Source: the human T2T-CHM13v2.0 reference genome, Homo sapiens. Taken from it: a stretch of 64,000 bases of DNA. Below, piece by piece: positions 31,200-46,487 of this stretch; positions within the stretch are counted from its first letter, which is position 1, and the number at the start of each line of letters is the position of its first letter. The notes under the pieces are model-generated. The model saw only the letters and a list, made by a program, of their open reading frames with translations. It did no database searches and was not told the origin of the DNA. Both the position numbers and the translations under genes were made by a program. The stretch lies in NCBI RefSeq assembly GCF_009914755.1, contig NC_060932.1; one strand, given 5' to 3'.

Positions 31200-31700
31200 A
31201 AGAGAGAAAGAACAAACTGGCCACACAATGCAACCGGTGCACTCTCAGCCTCTTCAGAAGACCTTGGCAACCAGGGAAGCTTGATTGCAATTTGTGGCTA
31301 TTAACACAAGCTGGGCCTCCGGTGACCTCAGACAGCCTTTTTGGTAATGTTTGTCTGGTTTCCTAGCAACCTGAACATTAAGGAACAGAGGTGTAAATAA
31401 ACCTGCTGGCTGCCCCCTGACCAGGTATTCTGCAGCGTTGGAAGAGTCTCAGCTGGCAGCTCAAATAATCTCTGTGATCCCATCCACAGGGTGTACATAA
31501 AACCACATTCCTGTGTGCCTCCATGACAATTAAAGCCACGCAAAAGCACAACTGCAAAGGATATGGTGTAACGGTGAGCTGCTGGCAGAAACCTCAGCTC
31601 AGTATGCAATAATCTGAAATAAAACCTGTGTTTTAAAGCTGATGGCTTTGAGAAATATATGTCATGCCATTTTTTAGAAGTCACTCTTGTGAAGTCGTTA
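31200..31700. promoter_or_regulatory. Candidate enhancer with an RFX X-box
   Basis: GTTTCCTAGCAAC (31358-31370) plus FOX, RUNX and TEAD motifs in repeat-free DNA. Confidence 0.35.
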
Positions 31701-32216
31701 CCATTTGCCTAATAGCATGAAACAGACCAAAGTGGCAGCAAATGCTGTCCCAGTGAGATATCTAGTCCAGAGAGACGATGTTGGAAGGGCGGATGTTTGG
31801 AAAGGAAGTGAGAGTGTGAGCTTAAGAGGCAGCCAAGCATTCAAGCCCCAGCTCTGCCATTTATCAGATGAGTGACCTAATCCTAATACCTATTGGGTAT
31901 TAGGCATATTAGCGAATTAAGCATATTACCTAATTCCCAGGTCCTGACCAGCAGCAGGTCCTCTTGTCTCCACCACCACAAGATACCTTAAATCTGCCCA
32001 GGTATCTCGTTACTACCCACCACATCCAAGCCATCATCTCTAGTCTGAATCACTGCAATAACCTATTAACCAGTAACCTTGCTTGCATAGTACCAACTCA
32101 ACAGTCCATTCTCCACCTAGTAGCCAGAGATCTTTTTTCTTTCATTGTGATAAAATACAAATAGTGAAAAATTTACCATCTTAACCATTTTTAAGTGTAC
32201 AGTTCGGTAACGGTAA

Positions 32217-32541
<325 letters not shown>

Positions 32542-33000
32542 AGAACTTTTTCATCTTGCAAAACCGAAACTCTGTATCCATTCAGCAACTCCTCATTTCT
32601 CCCTTCCCCCAGCCCCTAACAATTACTATTCTATTTTCTGTTTCTATAAAGTTGAGTACTCTAGGTACCTCATATAAGTGTATTGATTCAGTGTTTGTCC
32701 TTATTTCACGTAGCATAATGTACTCATCCACGTTGTAGACTGTGTCAGAATTTCCTTCCTTTTTAAGGCTGAATAACTGCCCATGGTGTGCATATCACAT
32801 TCTGTTTATTCATTCTTCCATTGACAGAAATTCTGGTGGTTTCCACCTTTTGGCTATTGTGAATAATGCCATTATGAATATGGGTGTACAAATATCTCTC
32901 TGAGACCTTGCTTTCAATGCTTTTGGATATATACCCAGAAGTGATATTGCTGGATCATAAGTAAATTCTATTTTAAATTTTTTGAGGAACTGCCATACTG

Positions 33001-33306
33001 TTTTTCTTTTCTTTTTTCTCTTCTTTGAGATGAAGTTTCACTCTTCCTCCCCGGCTGGGAGTACAGTGGCGCGATCTTGGCTCACTGCAACCTCCGCCCC
33101 CAGGTTCAAGAGATTCTCCTGTCTCTGCCTCCCAAGTAGCTGGGATTATAGGCACCCACTACCAGGCCTGGCTAATTTTTGTATTTTTAGTAGAGACAAG
33201 GTTTGGCCTTGTTAGCCAAGCTGGTCTCAAACTCCTGACTTCAGGTGATCCACCCGCCTCGGCCTCCCAAAGTGCTGGGATTACTGGTGTGAACCACCAC
33301 ACCCGC
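33001..33306 (-). mobile_element. Alu (AluS)
   Basis: Antisense Alu within L1MB; no clear TSD. Confidence 0.93.
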
Positions 33307-33357
33307 TGCACCATTTTACATCCCCACCAACAATGCAGAGTGAACTTTTAAAGAAAG

Positions 33358-33528
33358 ACCTCAGCACTGTTGACATTTTGGGCTCAATACGTGTTTGTTG
33401 TTTAGTACCATCACCGTCCTCTACCCACTGGATTCCAGTAGCACCTTCCCCCTTCCTAATTGTGACAGCCGAAAATGTCTCCAGGCATTGCCAAATGTTC
33501 CCTGGGGGCCCCTGGTTGAGAACCACTG
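33358..33528. mobile_element. MER20 DNA transposon, partial
   Basis: CCTCTACCCACTGGATTCCAGTAGCACC...AAAATGTCTCCAGGCATTGCCAAATGTTCCCTGGGGG...GGTTGAGAACCACTG. Confidence 0.85.
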
Positions 33529-33990
33529 AATTTAATCATAGCTCTCCCCAGCTTAAGCCTCCCATTGCCCTGAACATCCAAACCGTCTCATAGCTGACAA
33601 AGTCCTCGAGACTTCTTGGACCTCATCTCCTTCCACCTTCCAGGCACTTACTGGGTATTGGCCACAGTGACTACTTCTAATCTCTCAGACACAACAAACA
33701 AGGTTGTTCCTACCTCAGGGCCTTTGCAGTTGCTGCTCCCATCACCTAAACATCACTCCCGGGTTTCTGCATGGCCAGCAACTCCTTACCATTCACACCT
33801 CAATTCATATGCCACCTCCTCAGGGAGGCGTTCTGCGATCACCCAATCCCAGCAGCCACTCTCCCAACTGAGTCAGCCACAGTGTCTTGATGTTAAAGAC
33901 TTTAAGAAATATATAAGTCATAGAATTTTTTAGAGAAGACAATGTTGTGGTCATTTTATTCGATGTCTTTATCACCATCTATGATGTTCA

Positions 33991-34186
33991 TTTTTTTGCT
34001 GTTTTTTGTTTTGTTTTTTTGGAGATGGGGTCTCACCATGTTGCCCAGGCTGGAGTGCAGTGGCTATTCACAGGCATGATCACAGCTCACTACAGCCCTG
34101 ACTCCAGAACTCATTCCTCCAACCTCTCCTCTCACCTCAGCTTCCTGAGTAGCTGGGACTACAGGCACATGCCACTGTACCCAGCC
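33991..34186 (-). mobile_element. FAM (fossil Alu monomer)
   Basis: Single monomer retaining the 7SL-like GGCTATTCACAGGCATGATC segment; TSD ATGTTCA. Confidence 0.8.
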
Positions 34187-34550
34187 ATGTTCACATTTTT
34201 ATTATTTATGGAATAAAAATATAATTTATTGCCCAAATTAGGACATTTTGGGAATGAAGGGTCATGCTAAGAATGGTTAACAGGTGTTAATAATCCCAGG
34301 AAAACCAGGGACCTACTGTCACTAATTATCCATCTCCAGGCTAGGACGTGGGCTCCTGGAGAGCAGGGAGTTGGTCTGTTTTGTTCATCGTGTATCCCCA
34401 GCACCTACAATAGTAACTGACATGCTGTAGAGCTCAGTAAATATTGATGAAAATATGGCAAAACTTTCTGACTTCAATTACTTCAACTATAAAAATGGGT
34501 GTAATAACTATGACAACCTAGAAACTGTTGTGAGGACTAAATGATTATCA

Positions 34551-34986
<436 letters not shown>

Positions 34987-36002
34987 CTAGTCCAGATTCA
35001 CTATCCCAGCCCAATATGAGACGCGCCTGGGTGTGTTTATAAAAATACCAGTGCCCAGGCTCTCTCGGCCAAGAGAAATGGCAGCTCTGGAGGTGAGGCT
35101 TGGGCAGGCTGATAGTTTTTAAAGTTTCCTGGGGGATTCAGACACACAAGGAGGGCTGAGGCCTCTGGATTAGGTTAAATCTACAAATTCACAAAAGAGG
35201 AATCAGGCCCAGAAAGGGGGCCTGCCCCCACAGTCACACACTCCACATGGAAGAATCTGCACTGGATCCCACATCTCCTGGCTCCTAGTCAGTCCACTAG
35301 GAGGCAAGAGACCCACTCTATCAGATGCCTTCTCCCGGCGGTTAACTTTTCAGCTTTGGAAAGATCCCGGGGACATTCTATGGTAGGACCCAGGCTTGCT
35401 GAGGAGCCCCAGTCTTCATCTGCAGGAGCAATGAGCCAAGTACAAAGCCAGGTTAAGCATCTTGTCGGATGGCCCTGATCATCGTGCCCCTCCCAGCTCT
35501 CAGCATGGGGGCTGTGGTAGACAGCCTCCATCTGCCCCTGCAGACCCAGCCTCCAGATTCCCTCTGCACCCTCTCCACCTCCTCTATGCCCAAGGAGGCT
35601 GGCCTCTGAGCTCTGCATCACCCATGTTCCTCTGCCTTCTAATTCAGTTCAGCCAATGGGTGAGAGGAAAGTGGAAATGACGCTGGATTCTGGGAGGAAG
35701 ACCTAGTCAGGTGACTCCAACACCCCAGCTGACTATTTCACACAGTCAGTACATAGTAAATATCCTTCCTTTCTGACTCATGACAAGACGAGGGTAAAAT
35801 CTGTCCAATGCTTGCAGGAGGAAATGGAAATTAGCCTATATTTATAGCACAGCACTGACACAGAAGAATCATTTAGTAAAACAGAACAACAAAAATAAAA
35901 ATCAGCTTTGTTCTCCGTTCCCTATGTTTGTTGTTCTTGTGAATTATATTTTTCTTCTCTGGTACAGGGCCACCTTCATTTTCCTTTTTCTAATTTTGTT
36001 TA

Positions 36003-36372
<370 letters not shown>

Positions 36373-39300
36373 TCAAAGGGCTCTTGTAATTAGAGTAATA
36401 CTTTTCCCACTGTTTGGAAAGTGGCTTTCCAGGGACAATGTACTAGAGCTGGACCCGAAGGAAGACACATGTGATCCCAGCTCCCCAAGCTTACTTAACA
36501 ACCCAGGTCAGCAATGGCCCCTCCTCAGAAGTGCTTGGGGGTATCCCAGACATCCTAGGTCTTGCTCACCTGCCATCTGCTGCAGAAACTTGGACACTTA
36601 GAAACTTGTCCAAGAACACAAGGAAGTTGTGCATTGACCCCAGAGGAGCCCAGCCTGTTCACTTCCTACTCTACCAACGGCCATGACCTCGGTAAGTTTT
36701 CCTTCCAGGTCAAACTGGGAGACAAGTCGCCAAATCTCTCCAGACCTCAGTTTACTCATGTGTAAAGTTGGAATATTGATCATGTTTACTCTGAGGACCA
36801 GTGGCAAATAGTCAACTCTGACTTGGGTTTCTGGCCCTGAGGAAGACAGGGGCTTTGTGAGGATTGGCAGTAATGAACGCTGAATTCATGACACATAGTC
36901 GGTGAGTGATAAATAGTAGTTACTATTATTTCCTAAGGTTTTGAGAGTGTTGAATATCATAATATGTAAACATAACCAGTTGATGCTAGAAACATAGTAG
37001 CTGCTCCATAAATGATACAATATATTCAAAAGCAGGTCTAAAAATATCTGTGAAGAAAGCTTATTAAGTAGTCTACCCTGCCTGCCTTTGACCTGGATTA
37101 TTCTAACTCTTCTGTTACCCTTGGACAGTATCCTCTGGGGTCCCCTTTGGTCCCTGACAGACATAGAGTACAAGTGATGACAAGACCCATCATGAAAGTT
37201 AAATTTTTCGTTAACTACAGAAAATGTGAAATGATAGACATTTTGCAAACCTTATTTTGAATTCTAAATTAGTTGAAAGCTGGAGTGCAAATTTGGAAGC
37301 AAAGTTTTGTAGCCTTGATTTGTGAATTGTTACAGTATTCATATTGCTTTCCGTAGGAGATGTTGCTTTTTGGAGCACTGGAGCAGGAGGCAAGGGGCTG
37401 GGGCTTTCTCCTGGCCCTACCCTTAGGTATCTGTGTGACTTTGGGGCAAAAGTTTCTCACCTGTCACCCAAGGGGGTTGAGCTAAATAGTAAGTGTGTGA
37501 CTTTCCATTTCCCTAAAACTTTGACATGCTAGGGGAGGAGGGCGTGCTACTACTGACAGTGAAGTCCCTGGACCGGTGAGGTGGGATGGACGTTAAGTCC
37601 ACCACAGAGCCAGGGAAGGGTTCCCCCAACTAAGAATCCTGGAAAACTGGGGGCAGGGAGGGGAATGGTAGTATGGTGGGGTGTGAGGAAGGTATGGGGT
37701 CGTGGTGGCAGCAGTCGGCTCTCAGGGCGTGACCAACTGGGGCAAAGGCTGAAGAGAGAGTTCAAAAATAGAAGCAGAGCAGGGCAATAGATTTAGTCAT
37801 GTGGACATCCTTGGCCACTTTAATAAGCACTCTTTAGTAAAAGCATGACTGAAAGGGGCTCAAATGAGACTAGAAAGAGAAGTATTAGAGACAGTTAAAC
37901 AAATTTTGGAGGACTTTTGCTGTAGATCTAGAAAATCATTATTTGGAGTAAAAGAGATCTCTATAAACACTTAGAACAGGGATTGTCATGTTGTAAGTGC
38001 TGACACATGTCAGCCACTACTGATTATCTATGTCCCCATTTGATCCTCATTACATTCCTGAGAGGCCCAGAGGTCAAGGTTTATCAGAGTTTGATTAGAG
38101 AAAACTGAGGCAGATGAATACAATGACTTACTCAAGGTCTCGCCCTTAACCCATTGGATTATCCATTCAGGCCACACGTGTCTGTTGACTGCCTGCTATA
38201 AACTGAGATAAGCAGATCAGGAAAGAGTAGAGCTGGAGCTAGATCTCCTGGTCAGAAGATCAGTTATTTCCCTAATATACTAGGTGAAAGTGCTTAGCAC
38301 GTTTCAACTGATTTTTGCTGTTAAATACGTGAGTTACAAATCATCGAGGTGACGCAATTCCTTGAGTCTTCAAAGAGTCATCAATCTCGTTACTAGATAC
38401 ATTTATTTGATCTTCATTTTTAAAAATATGTAAATAACACCTCCTACTAGAGGCCAGAAACTACCCTTCGTGTTATGTTTCTGAGCTTCTCTGAAGTGGA
38501 AATCAACAGTCCTAAGGATGGAGCTTTCCTCTCATAAAGGGTCACCAGCATTTCCAGACTATGACTTTGGGTTCTAGAAAGCCACTATAGTTGGCCTCTT
38601 GGCAGACTCTAGAGAACGAGGTTAATTAGTAATCACTCTTGAGTTTGTTTAGACACATGAAAAGCCATCCTTTGGGAATGGGGCTGAAATTCTTAGTTCC
38701 TCAGCCATCCCTCACTGTCAAAGAGGCAGAATGTAATCAGTTTCCTGGAATCGAAAAGATTGAACATCTGAGTACAATCCATCTCCTTGAACTTTATTAC
38801 CAATGTTCTCTTTCTCAACCTCTTGAGTAATCCAATTTTTCTGGACAAGGAAATTGAATATAGAATCAGAGAAGAGGCACCAATCCATCTCCCTCCCACC
38901 AACACTACCACCCAATGCTGTCTAGAGGCAGAGATACACTTAAACTCATTCAAATACAATCCTTCCTTAGGGAGTTTAGGGAGCTATATAGTGCCCTACA
39001 CGGCTTCCTTGGAATCTATATCCACCAGAGTCCCTTCTCTAACATAGAAGTGAACAGCCAGAGGCAAGGATGGGCTTCCTGGCTACTAGCTAAGCTGAGA
39101 TTTCAACCCCAGGTGGTGCTTTCCAAGCCTTTCTGCCTTTACCACAGCCCAGTGGTTACAGGCACAGGCCATGGAGTAAGCCAGGCTAGATCCAATTCCT
39201 GGAGCCGACACCTACTTTCAGTTTGCCTTTGGGTCCTGGATTTCAGTTAAGACCCACCCGAAAGGGTGGTACAGATTGAGGAAGGCAATGTGTGCTGTAT

Positions 39301-39654
39301 AAACTTCTAGCATAGTAGTTCTAGCACTTAATAAATCAATGTAATAAACATTCATTACTATTGTTATTTTTACACATACGAGAAGAACCAGATAGAAACA
39401 GGAAGGTTACAACAAACTCAGTTTAAACATTTATCCCTGGCTAAACATGTCAACTCAATTTAACTCTCTACACCGCTAAAGATGGTGCATACTGTATTCA
39501 TATATTACCACGTGTGTGGCCTCTGGAACTGGTACTGCCTTAGAACCACAGCCCTCTGGGACCAGCAGCCTTGCAATTTCAATATGGACCCTGTGTCGTT
39601 CCTCCTCTCTTATAGCACAAGCTTCCTTTCCCCTACTATACTTCTGGTGGTCTA

Positions 39655-40037
39655 TGTTATAGGCTGAATTATATCTCCCCCAAATTCATATGCTGAAGCC
39701 CTAAACCCCAGTACCTCAAAATGTGATCGTATTTGGAGATCAGGTCCTGAAAGAGGCGATTCAGTTAAAATGAGGCCGTTAGAGTGGGACCTAATTCCAT
39801 TTCACTGGTGTCCTTATGAGAAAAGAAAATTTGGACACAGAGAGATACCAGGGATGCATGTGCCCAGAGACCACGAGAGGACACAGGGAGACGCCGAGAG
39901 AGGCCTCAGTAGATAGCAAAGCTGCTAACACTTTGACTTTGGTTTTCCAGTCTCCAGAACTGTAAGAAAATTAAGTTCTGTTGTTTAAGCCACCCAGTCT
40001 GTGATATTCCATCACGGCAGCCCCGATGACTAAGACA
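39655..40037 (+). mobile_element. MLT1B-like solo LTR (ERVL-MaLR)
   Basis: TGTTATAGGCTGAAT...GACTAAGACA with TG..CA ends; 5-bp TSD GTCTA (39650-39654 / 40038-40042). Confidence 0.9.
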
Positions 40038-40519
40038 GTCTATTTATTTTTCCCAACATCCAGACTCATCTATGACATCAACTCACGAGTTGAGATAAAA
40101 CACGCTGACTCATTTTATGGTGGCTTTAGAGATTCCATTACCGGCCAGCTACATTTAAGGGGCCATTCAACAGTGGCAGGGAGGGAAGAGCCACAGCTCT
40201 GGAGAGCACTCTTTTCTTCTGGTCCATTATTTTCCCTGAAGAGACCCCTGACGCCTAAAGGTAAGGCAGGAGCACTTTCTGCTTATTCCCATCCCAGCTT
40301 CTTCCCATGGCTAGGAGCCTTCTGCACCTTCATTTCCAGTCCCTTCACAGGAACTTGTCTCTCATGAATAGGCACCAAGCCTCCCACAAAAGGAATTCAC
40401 AGTTTCCAGTCCCAGTTCCCACACTGAGCAAAGTGTTTCACATCAGAGGCACTGTGGGGGGCTCCACAATGTAGCTGTAACTTCACATCCAAACTCCTCA
40501 TCATCAGCCTCCTGGATGT

Positions 40520-40653
40520 GCACAGGTCCCCCATATCCCACACGTTGCACTGAGCAACCCCTGGGGGAAGGGGACAAGTGCATGGAACAATGTAAAGAGC
40601 ACACACTAGGGCTGTGCAGTGCACAATCTGCGCAGCTGTACAAAGCGGCCCTG
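40520..40653. mobile_element. MER91-like DNA transposon fragment
   Basis: GCTGTGCAGTGCACAATCTGCGCAGCTGTACAAAGCGGCCCTG terminus. Confidence 0.6.
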
Positions 40654-41305
40654 GCAGAAACTATGTCTTGTATGATTCATTACCCTCCCGGCCTCATGCT
40701 GAGCAACTAAAATGCCCTTTATAAATATTATTGATTCACTGGCATTTCTAAGTGAAGTGTTTTCCTTCAATGAGAAAAACAGTAAAAGTCAACAAGGAAA
40801 GAAAAAGACTCTGGTGAATATTAGATAAATGCTGCAGCTCCTTGGATCAGATCACGTCCACTCTGGATGTTCGTAATTGCACAGTAGGGATAAAACGACC
40901 TGACTTATGCAGTCGTCTCTGGGAATGGAAGGGATTAGGTGCTACTTGAGATTTTGATGTTCCTCCTTTCTGTCCATGTACGAGCATCACCTTATAATAC
41001 TTATAATAACCTTGCCCCTTTCATTTTTTCCACTTAATGACATTGTTCTCCCCAGATTGCCACTTTTCGTTGGAAACCAATAAGTACCTACAGATTTATT
41101 GAGTTAGTAACAATGATTGTCTTCTTCCTTAGACCTTCCATAGATGAGCCAGTGCAAGATCATACTGCCAAAGGTCGAGATCAGGAGGGTGTCAGAGGAA
41201 AGAACCTTCCTCGGTGCCTACGGGGCACGCACCACTTCCTAGGACTGATCTATATAGGTCACGAGGCCTGTTTGTTAGAGGAGAGGAGTAGAACTGTCAA
41301 CCAGC

Positions 41306-41362
41306 TGCACTCCAGCCTGGGTGACAGGGCAAGACTCTACCTCAAAATAAATAAATAAATAA
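41306..41362 (+). mobile_element. Severely 5'-truncated Alu (3' tip plus TAAA tail)
   Basis: CTGCACTCCAGCCTGGGTGACAGGGCAAGACTCTACCTCAAAATAAATAAATAAAT. Confidence 0.85.
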
Positions 41363-41810
41363 CAACACTAAACATCCAGAGGGGTAAAAATGGGGTAAAA
41401 TGGGGTAAAAAATGTCAACCAACCGTCTTTCCCTGTACACCAAATACCTAGACGTCAAAATTACAACCAGAGCTTGCTTGATGACTGGGGATGCCAAGTT
41501 GGAGTGCTTGCAGGTGGATACATAACAGGATATACCAACCCAAGAATAGGGAGAGTGGCATCCATGGCGCAGCAGACATGCTGCAGGATGGAATTTGAAA
41601 GGCTCAGCCTGCTCCTGGCACTTCCAGGTTTTTTTTCTTCTGTTCCCCAGCCTGTCTCTCACTTTCGATTCATATACTCCTTCACTACACTATAAAGTAC
41701 AAGTGAATAGATTCCAAAGATTCTGTTTTGTCCCCTTGGGATTACTCCCAGTCGTGCCTGAGTACAAGTTCTTGTGGTTCCAAGCCCTCTAGAGCCTCAT
41801 CCACAGATGA

Positions 41811-42260
<450 letters not shown>

Positions 42261-42390
42261 TAAAGAGCTGGTGTGAAAAAGAGTGTGAGACAATGCCTGC
42301 AACATTCCCACACTCGTGCTTGGCACAATTAGATGGTCTATAATGTTGGTTTCCTTTTCCAGGAGTAATAAAGCATGTTTAGTACCTCTG

Positions 42391-42748
42391 TGCTATGATC
42401 TAAACATCTGTGTCCCCCCTCAGAATTCATACTGTTGAAACTTAATCCCCAAGGTGGTGCTATTAAGAGGTGAGGCCTTTGGGAGGTAATTAGGTCCTAA
42501 GAGCTCCACCCTTGTGAATGGGATTAGTGCCCTTATTAAAGAGGCCTGGGGGAGCCTGCTCATCCCTTCCGCCATGTGAGGACACAGAAGGTGCCATCTG
42601 GGAGAAGCGAGCCCTTGCCAGACTCCGAATCTACTGGTGCCTTGATCTTGGACTTCCCAGCTGCCAGAAGTATGAGCAATCAAGTTCTGTTGTTTGTAAA
42701 TTACCCAGTCTAAGGTATTTGTTATAGCAGCCCGAATGGACTAAGACA
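42391..42748 (+). mobile_element. MLT1A/MSTD-like solo LTR (ERVL-MaLR)
   Basis: TGCTATGATCT...GAATGGGATTAGTGCCCTTAT...GTTATAGCAGCCCGAATGGACTAAGACA; TSD CTCTG / CTCTC. Confidence 0.88.
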
Positions 42749-43192
42749 CTCTCCATATCCCATAGCATTATCATAGAGAAAAGGGGACAGGTGCAGATGT
42801 CCCCGGGAGAGCTTTTGTTGAGTAACTGGAGGCATGCAAACCCCAACCCAATCTCAAATCCTAACTAAGAATCAAAGTGTGACAACTGTGTGTTAGGGAG
42901 ACCTGGAGTGGCAGGTGTGCCTTGGATGTGGATTCTCAGAGACAGCAGTGTTGACGCCTTGCTGGACTAATCCGTGACCACCCACTATGGCAGGGACAGT
43001 GATTTACTCTCCCAGCTAATGTGAAAGCTCTGGTCAGATTGCATTCCAACAAAACCTCTAACTCAGAACTGCAGAGATGCTCGAGAATCCAACAGAAAGT
43101 CCACTTTGATATAAAGCATGTTCCAAGGCAGTTGGCTATCTTTGCCTCCTGCCCTGGAGAGCAATAACCAGGCCTTATGTTCACTACCCTGA

Positions 43193-43559
<367 letters not shown>

Positions 43560-43849
43560 TGAGAAACGAAATGTACAAGGCATTCCGAGGGAACATTTTA
43601 CCCATATGCATCCAGGACCCAATGAAGAGGCCGCCAGCCCCTCCTGTAGCCTCAGAACTGTGAGTCCATCTCTGTAAACAGGTGAGGCAGCTGGAGAAGC
43701 ACTGGTGCCACCCATTCCACCTGCAGCCCCCAAGCTTGAAAGTGGTTGGCATGGAAAAGGAATAACCCTTACCTTTAGGAACAAAGAGAGGTGGAGTCCA
43801 AGGACCTTTCCAATACTATCTGAGCTGTAAACACAAAGCTGTAAACAAA

Positions 43850-44060
43850 GCTATTTATGGAGCACCTCTCACGTGTTGACACTAGGCTGGCCACTGGGTA
43901 TGTGTAAACTCATTTGATCTTCAGATAACACAGAGGGGTCAGTGGTATTATTATCCCCATTTTCCAGAGGGAAGACTGAGGCTAGCAGGGGTAAGCTGTT
44001 GATTCACCCAAGATCACTCAGCTAGGAAGTGGCTCGAGCAGGATTTGGACACGGATCCAT
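43850..44060 (-). mobile_element. MIR
   Basis: TATTATTATCCCCATTTTCCAGAGGGAAGACTGAGGC...CCCAAGATCACTCAGCTAGGAAGTGGC. Confidence 0.8.
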
Positions 44061-44546
44061 CTTACACTTCCCATTCGGGCTCCGCTGTCGGTGCCTGCAG
44101 GAAAGGGTCTGTGGCAGCACGGATTATATAAGGCTTCCAAAACTTCATAACCTCCTGTGCTTGTTATTTTTGTCTCTCAGCTGTCTGTGTCCCCACTGTG
44201 ACAAGTTGAGAATAAAAAATCTTCAAACAAGAGGAGTCCATCTGCTTGTCTTTAGAGGCAGCAAGAAAATAAATCTCTTGATGGGTAAGGCCACAGTGGG
44301 GAAAGGTAGCATCTAAGGGGCGAGGGTCTAGAGCCTTTGGAAAGACAGCAAGAGAGAGCCCTGGAGTCAGGCCAGGAGGAACTGTATCCCTCAATGGCAG
44401 GGACTCAATGGTAGAAAGACGTGTACTAAAAGACATAAAGAAATATTCATGTAGAGCAAAGAGGATCAAAAGTACACTGAGAATTGAGGGGCCCTGGTCA
44501 TTTCATGGAAATTAGTATAACACATATGCAAAACATTGTTTATTTT

Positions 44547-44827
44547 CTTCTGTGTTTTTTAAGAGACGGTATCGCTCTGCTGCCCAGGCTGCAGTGCAGT
44601 GGCACAATCACAGCTGACGGCAGACTTGACCCCCCCAGGCTCAAGCGATCCTCCCACCTCAGCCTCCAGAGTAGCTTGGACTACAGGTATGTGCTACCAG
44701 ACCTGGCTAATTTTTAAATTTTTTTGTAGAGATGGGGTCTCACTATATTCCCCAGGATGGTCTCCAACTCCTGGACTCAAGCAATCTTCCCACCTCAGAC
44801 TACAGGCATGAGCCACCATGCCCAGCC
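44547..44827 (-). mobile_element. AluJ with a small internal deletion
   Basis: GGCTCAAGCGATCCTCCCACCTCAGCC (J-type); TSD ATTGTTTATTTT / ATTGTTCATTTT. Confidence 0.9.
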
Positions 44828-44880
44828 ATATTGTTCATTTTTAAGTAAGTCACATTCTTTGGATTTGACAATATTTGGGG

Positions 44881-45197
44881 TTTTTTTGGGTTTTTTTTGT
44901 TTTTTTTTGTTTTTGAGATGGAGTCTCACTTTATCACTCAGGCTGGAGTGCAGTGGTGCAATCTCGGCTCACTGCAACCTCTCTGCCTCCCAGGTTCAAG
45001 CAATTCTTCTACCTCAGCCTCCCAAGTAGCTGGGATTACAGGCACCCACCACCATGCCTGGATATTTTTGTATTTTTGGTAGAGATGGAGTTTCACCATG
45101 TTGGCCAGGCTGGTCTCAAACTCCTGACCACAAGTGATCCACCCGCCTCGGCCTCCCAAAGTGTTCGGATTACAGGCATGAGCCACCGCCCCCAACC
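44881..45197 (-). mobile_element. Alu (AluS), followed by (TTG)n to 45241
   Basis: Full antisense Alu. Confidence 0.95.
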
Positions 45198-45361
45198 TTT
45201 GTTTTTTGTTGTTGTTGTTGTTGTTTGTTTGTTTGTTTTTTAAAGTCCCCATGGTTGTTTTGATCCTGGTCACACCTGGTCTGAGCCTGGGCCAAGGGAA
45301 ACCACACTCAGGCTACTCCTGGTTCTTTGAGTGCTCATCTCCCTCCCCACCCGGTCTCACT

Positions 45362-45424
45362 GTAATTGATATGATGCCATTAAAAGTAACGGCAAAGACC
45401 GCAATGACTTTCACACCTGCCTAA
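45362..45424. mobile_element. MADE1 (Hsmar1-derived MITE), left end eroded
   Basis: TGCCATTAAAAGTAACGGCAAAGACCGCAATGACTTTCACACCTGCCTAA followed by TA. Confidence 0.8.
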
Positions 45425-45871
45425 TAATAATACATCTATCCCTTGGGATATTTAGTTCCCAGCCAAGCCCCCAGGTAAATCCTGGCGTGTTGAGGACCTG
45501 ATGCTATCAATGGATTTCCACTGATGCTTTAACGGTCCCCCTCCATACTGCCCCTCAACTGGGCCTATTAGTCAGGGACAGTCAGCACCTGGACTCCAGG
45601 ACGGTGCATCTGTCAAGAGGCTTGGGGTGGTGGAGGCTGTCTTACACAGGCCTAGCCCAGGCTTCAGCCCCATTCACCAAATCCTGGCCAAGAGTGTGAA
45701 ATTTCTCTGGGTCCTCCTTTTCTTCTGAACAGCCCTGTCTCAGTGTGGCCTGCTCCCAGAACTGTTTCTCCTGACTTCTCATTTCACCAAGAAGACATGG
45801 ACTCAGAAAAATGAAGAGAGAAACACAAAGACACAGGAGCAGCAACCAAGCCCCTCTTCTCCAGGCAATCA

Positions 45872-46487
<616 letters not shown>

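Noticed and set aside
41113-41358. Possible exon after GTCTTCTTCCTTAG and an 81-aa ORF
   Set aside because: Acceptor-like site only; the ORF runs into an Alu tip with no recognisable homology or donor
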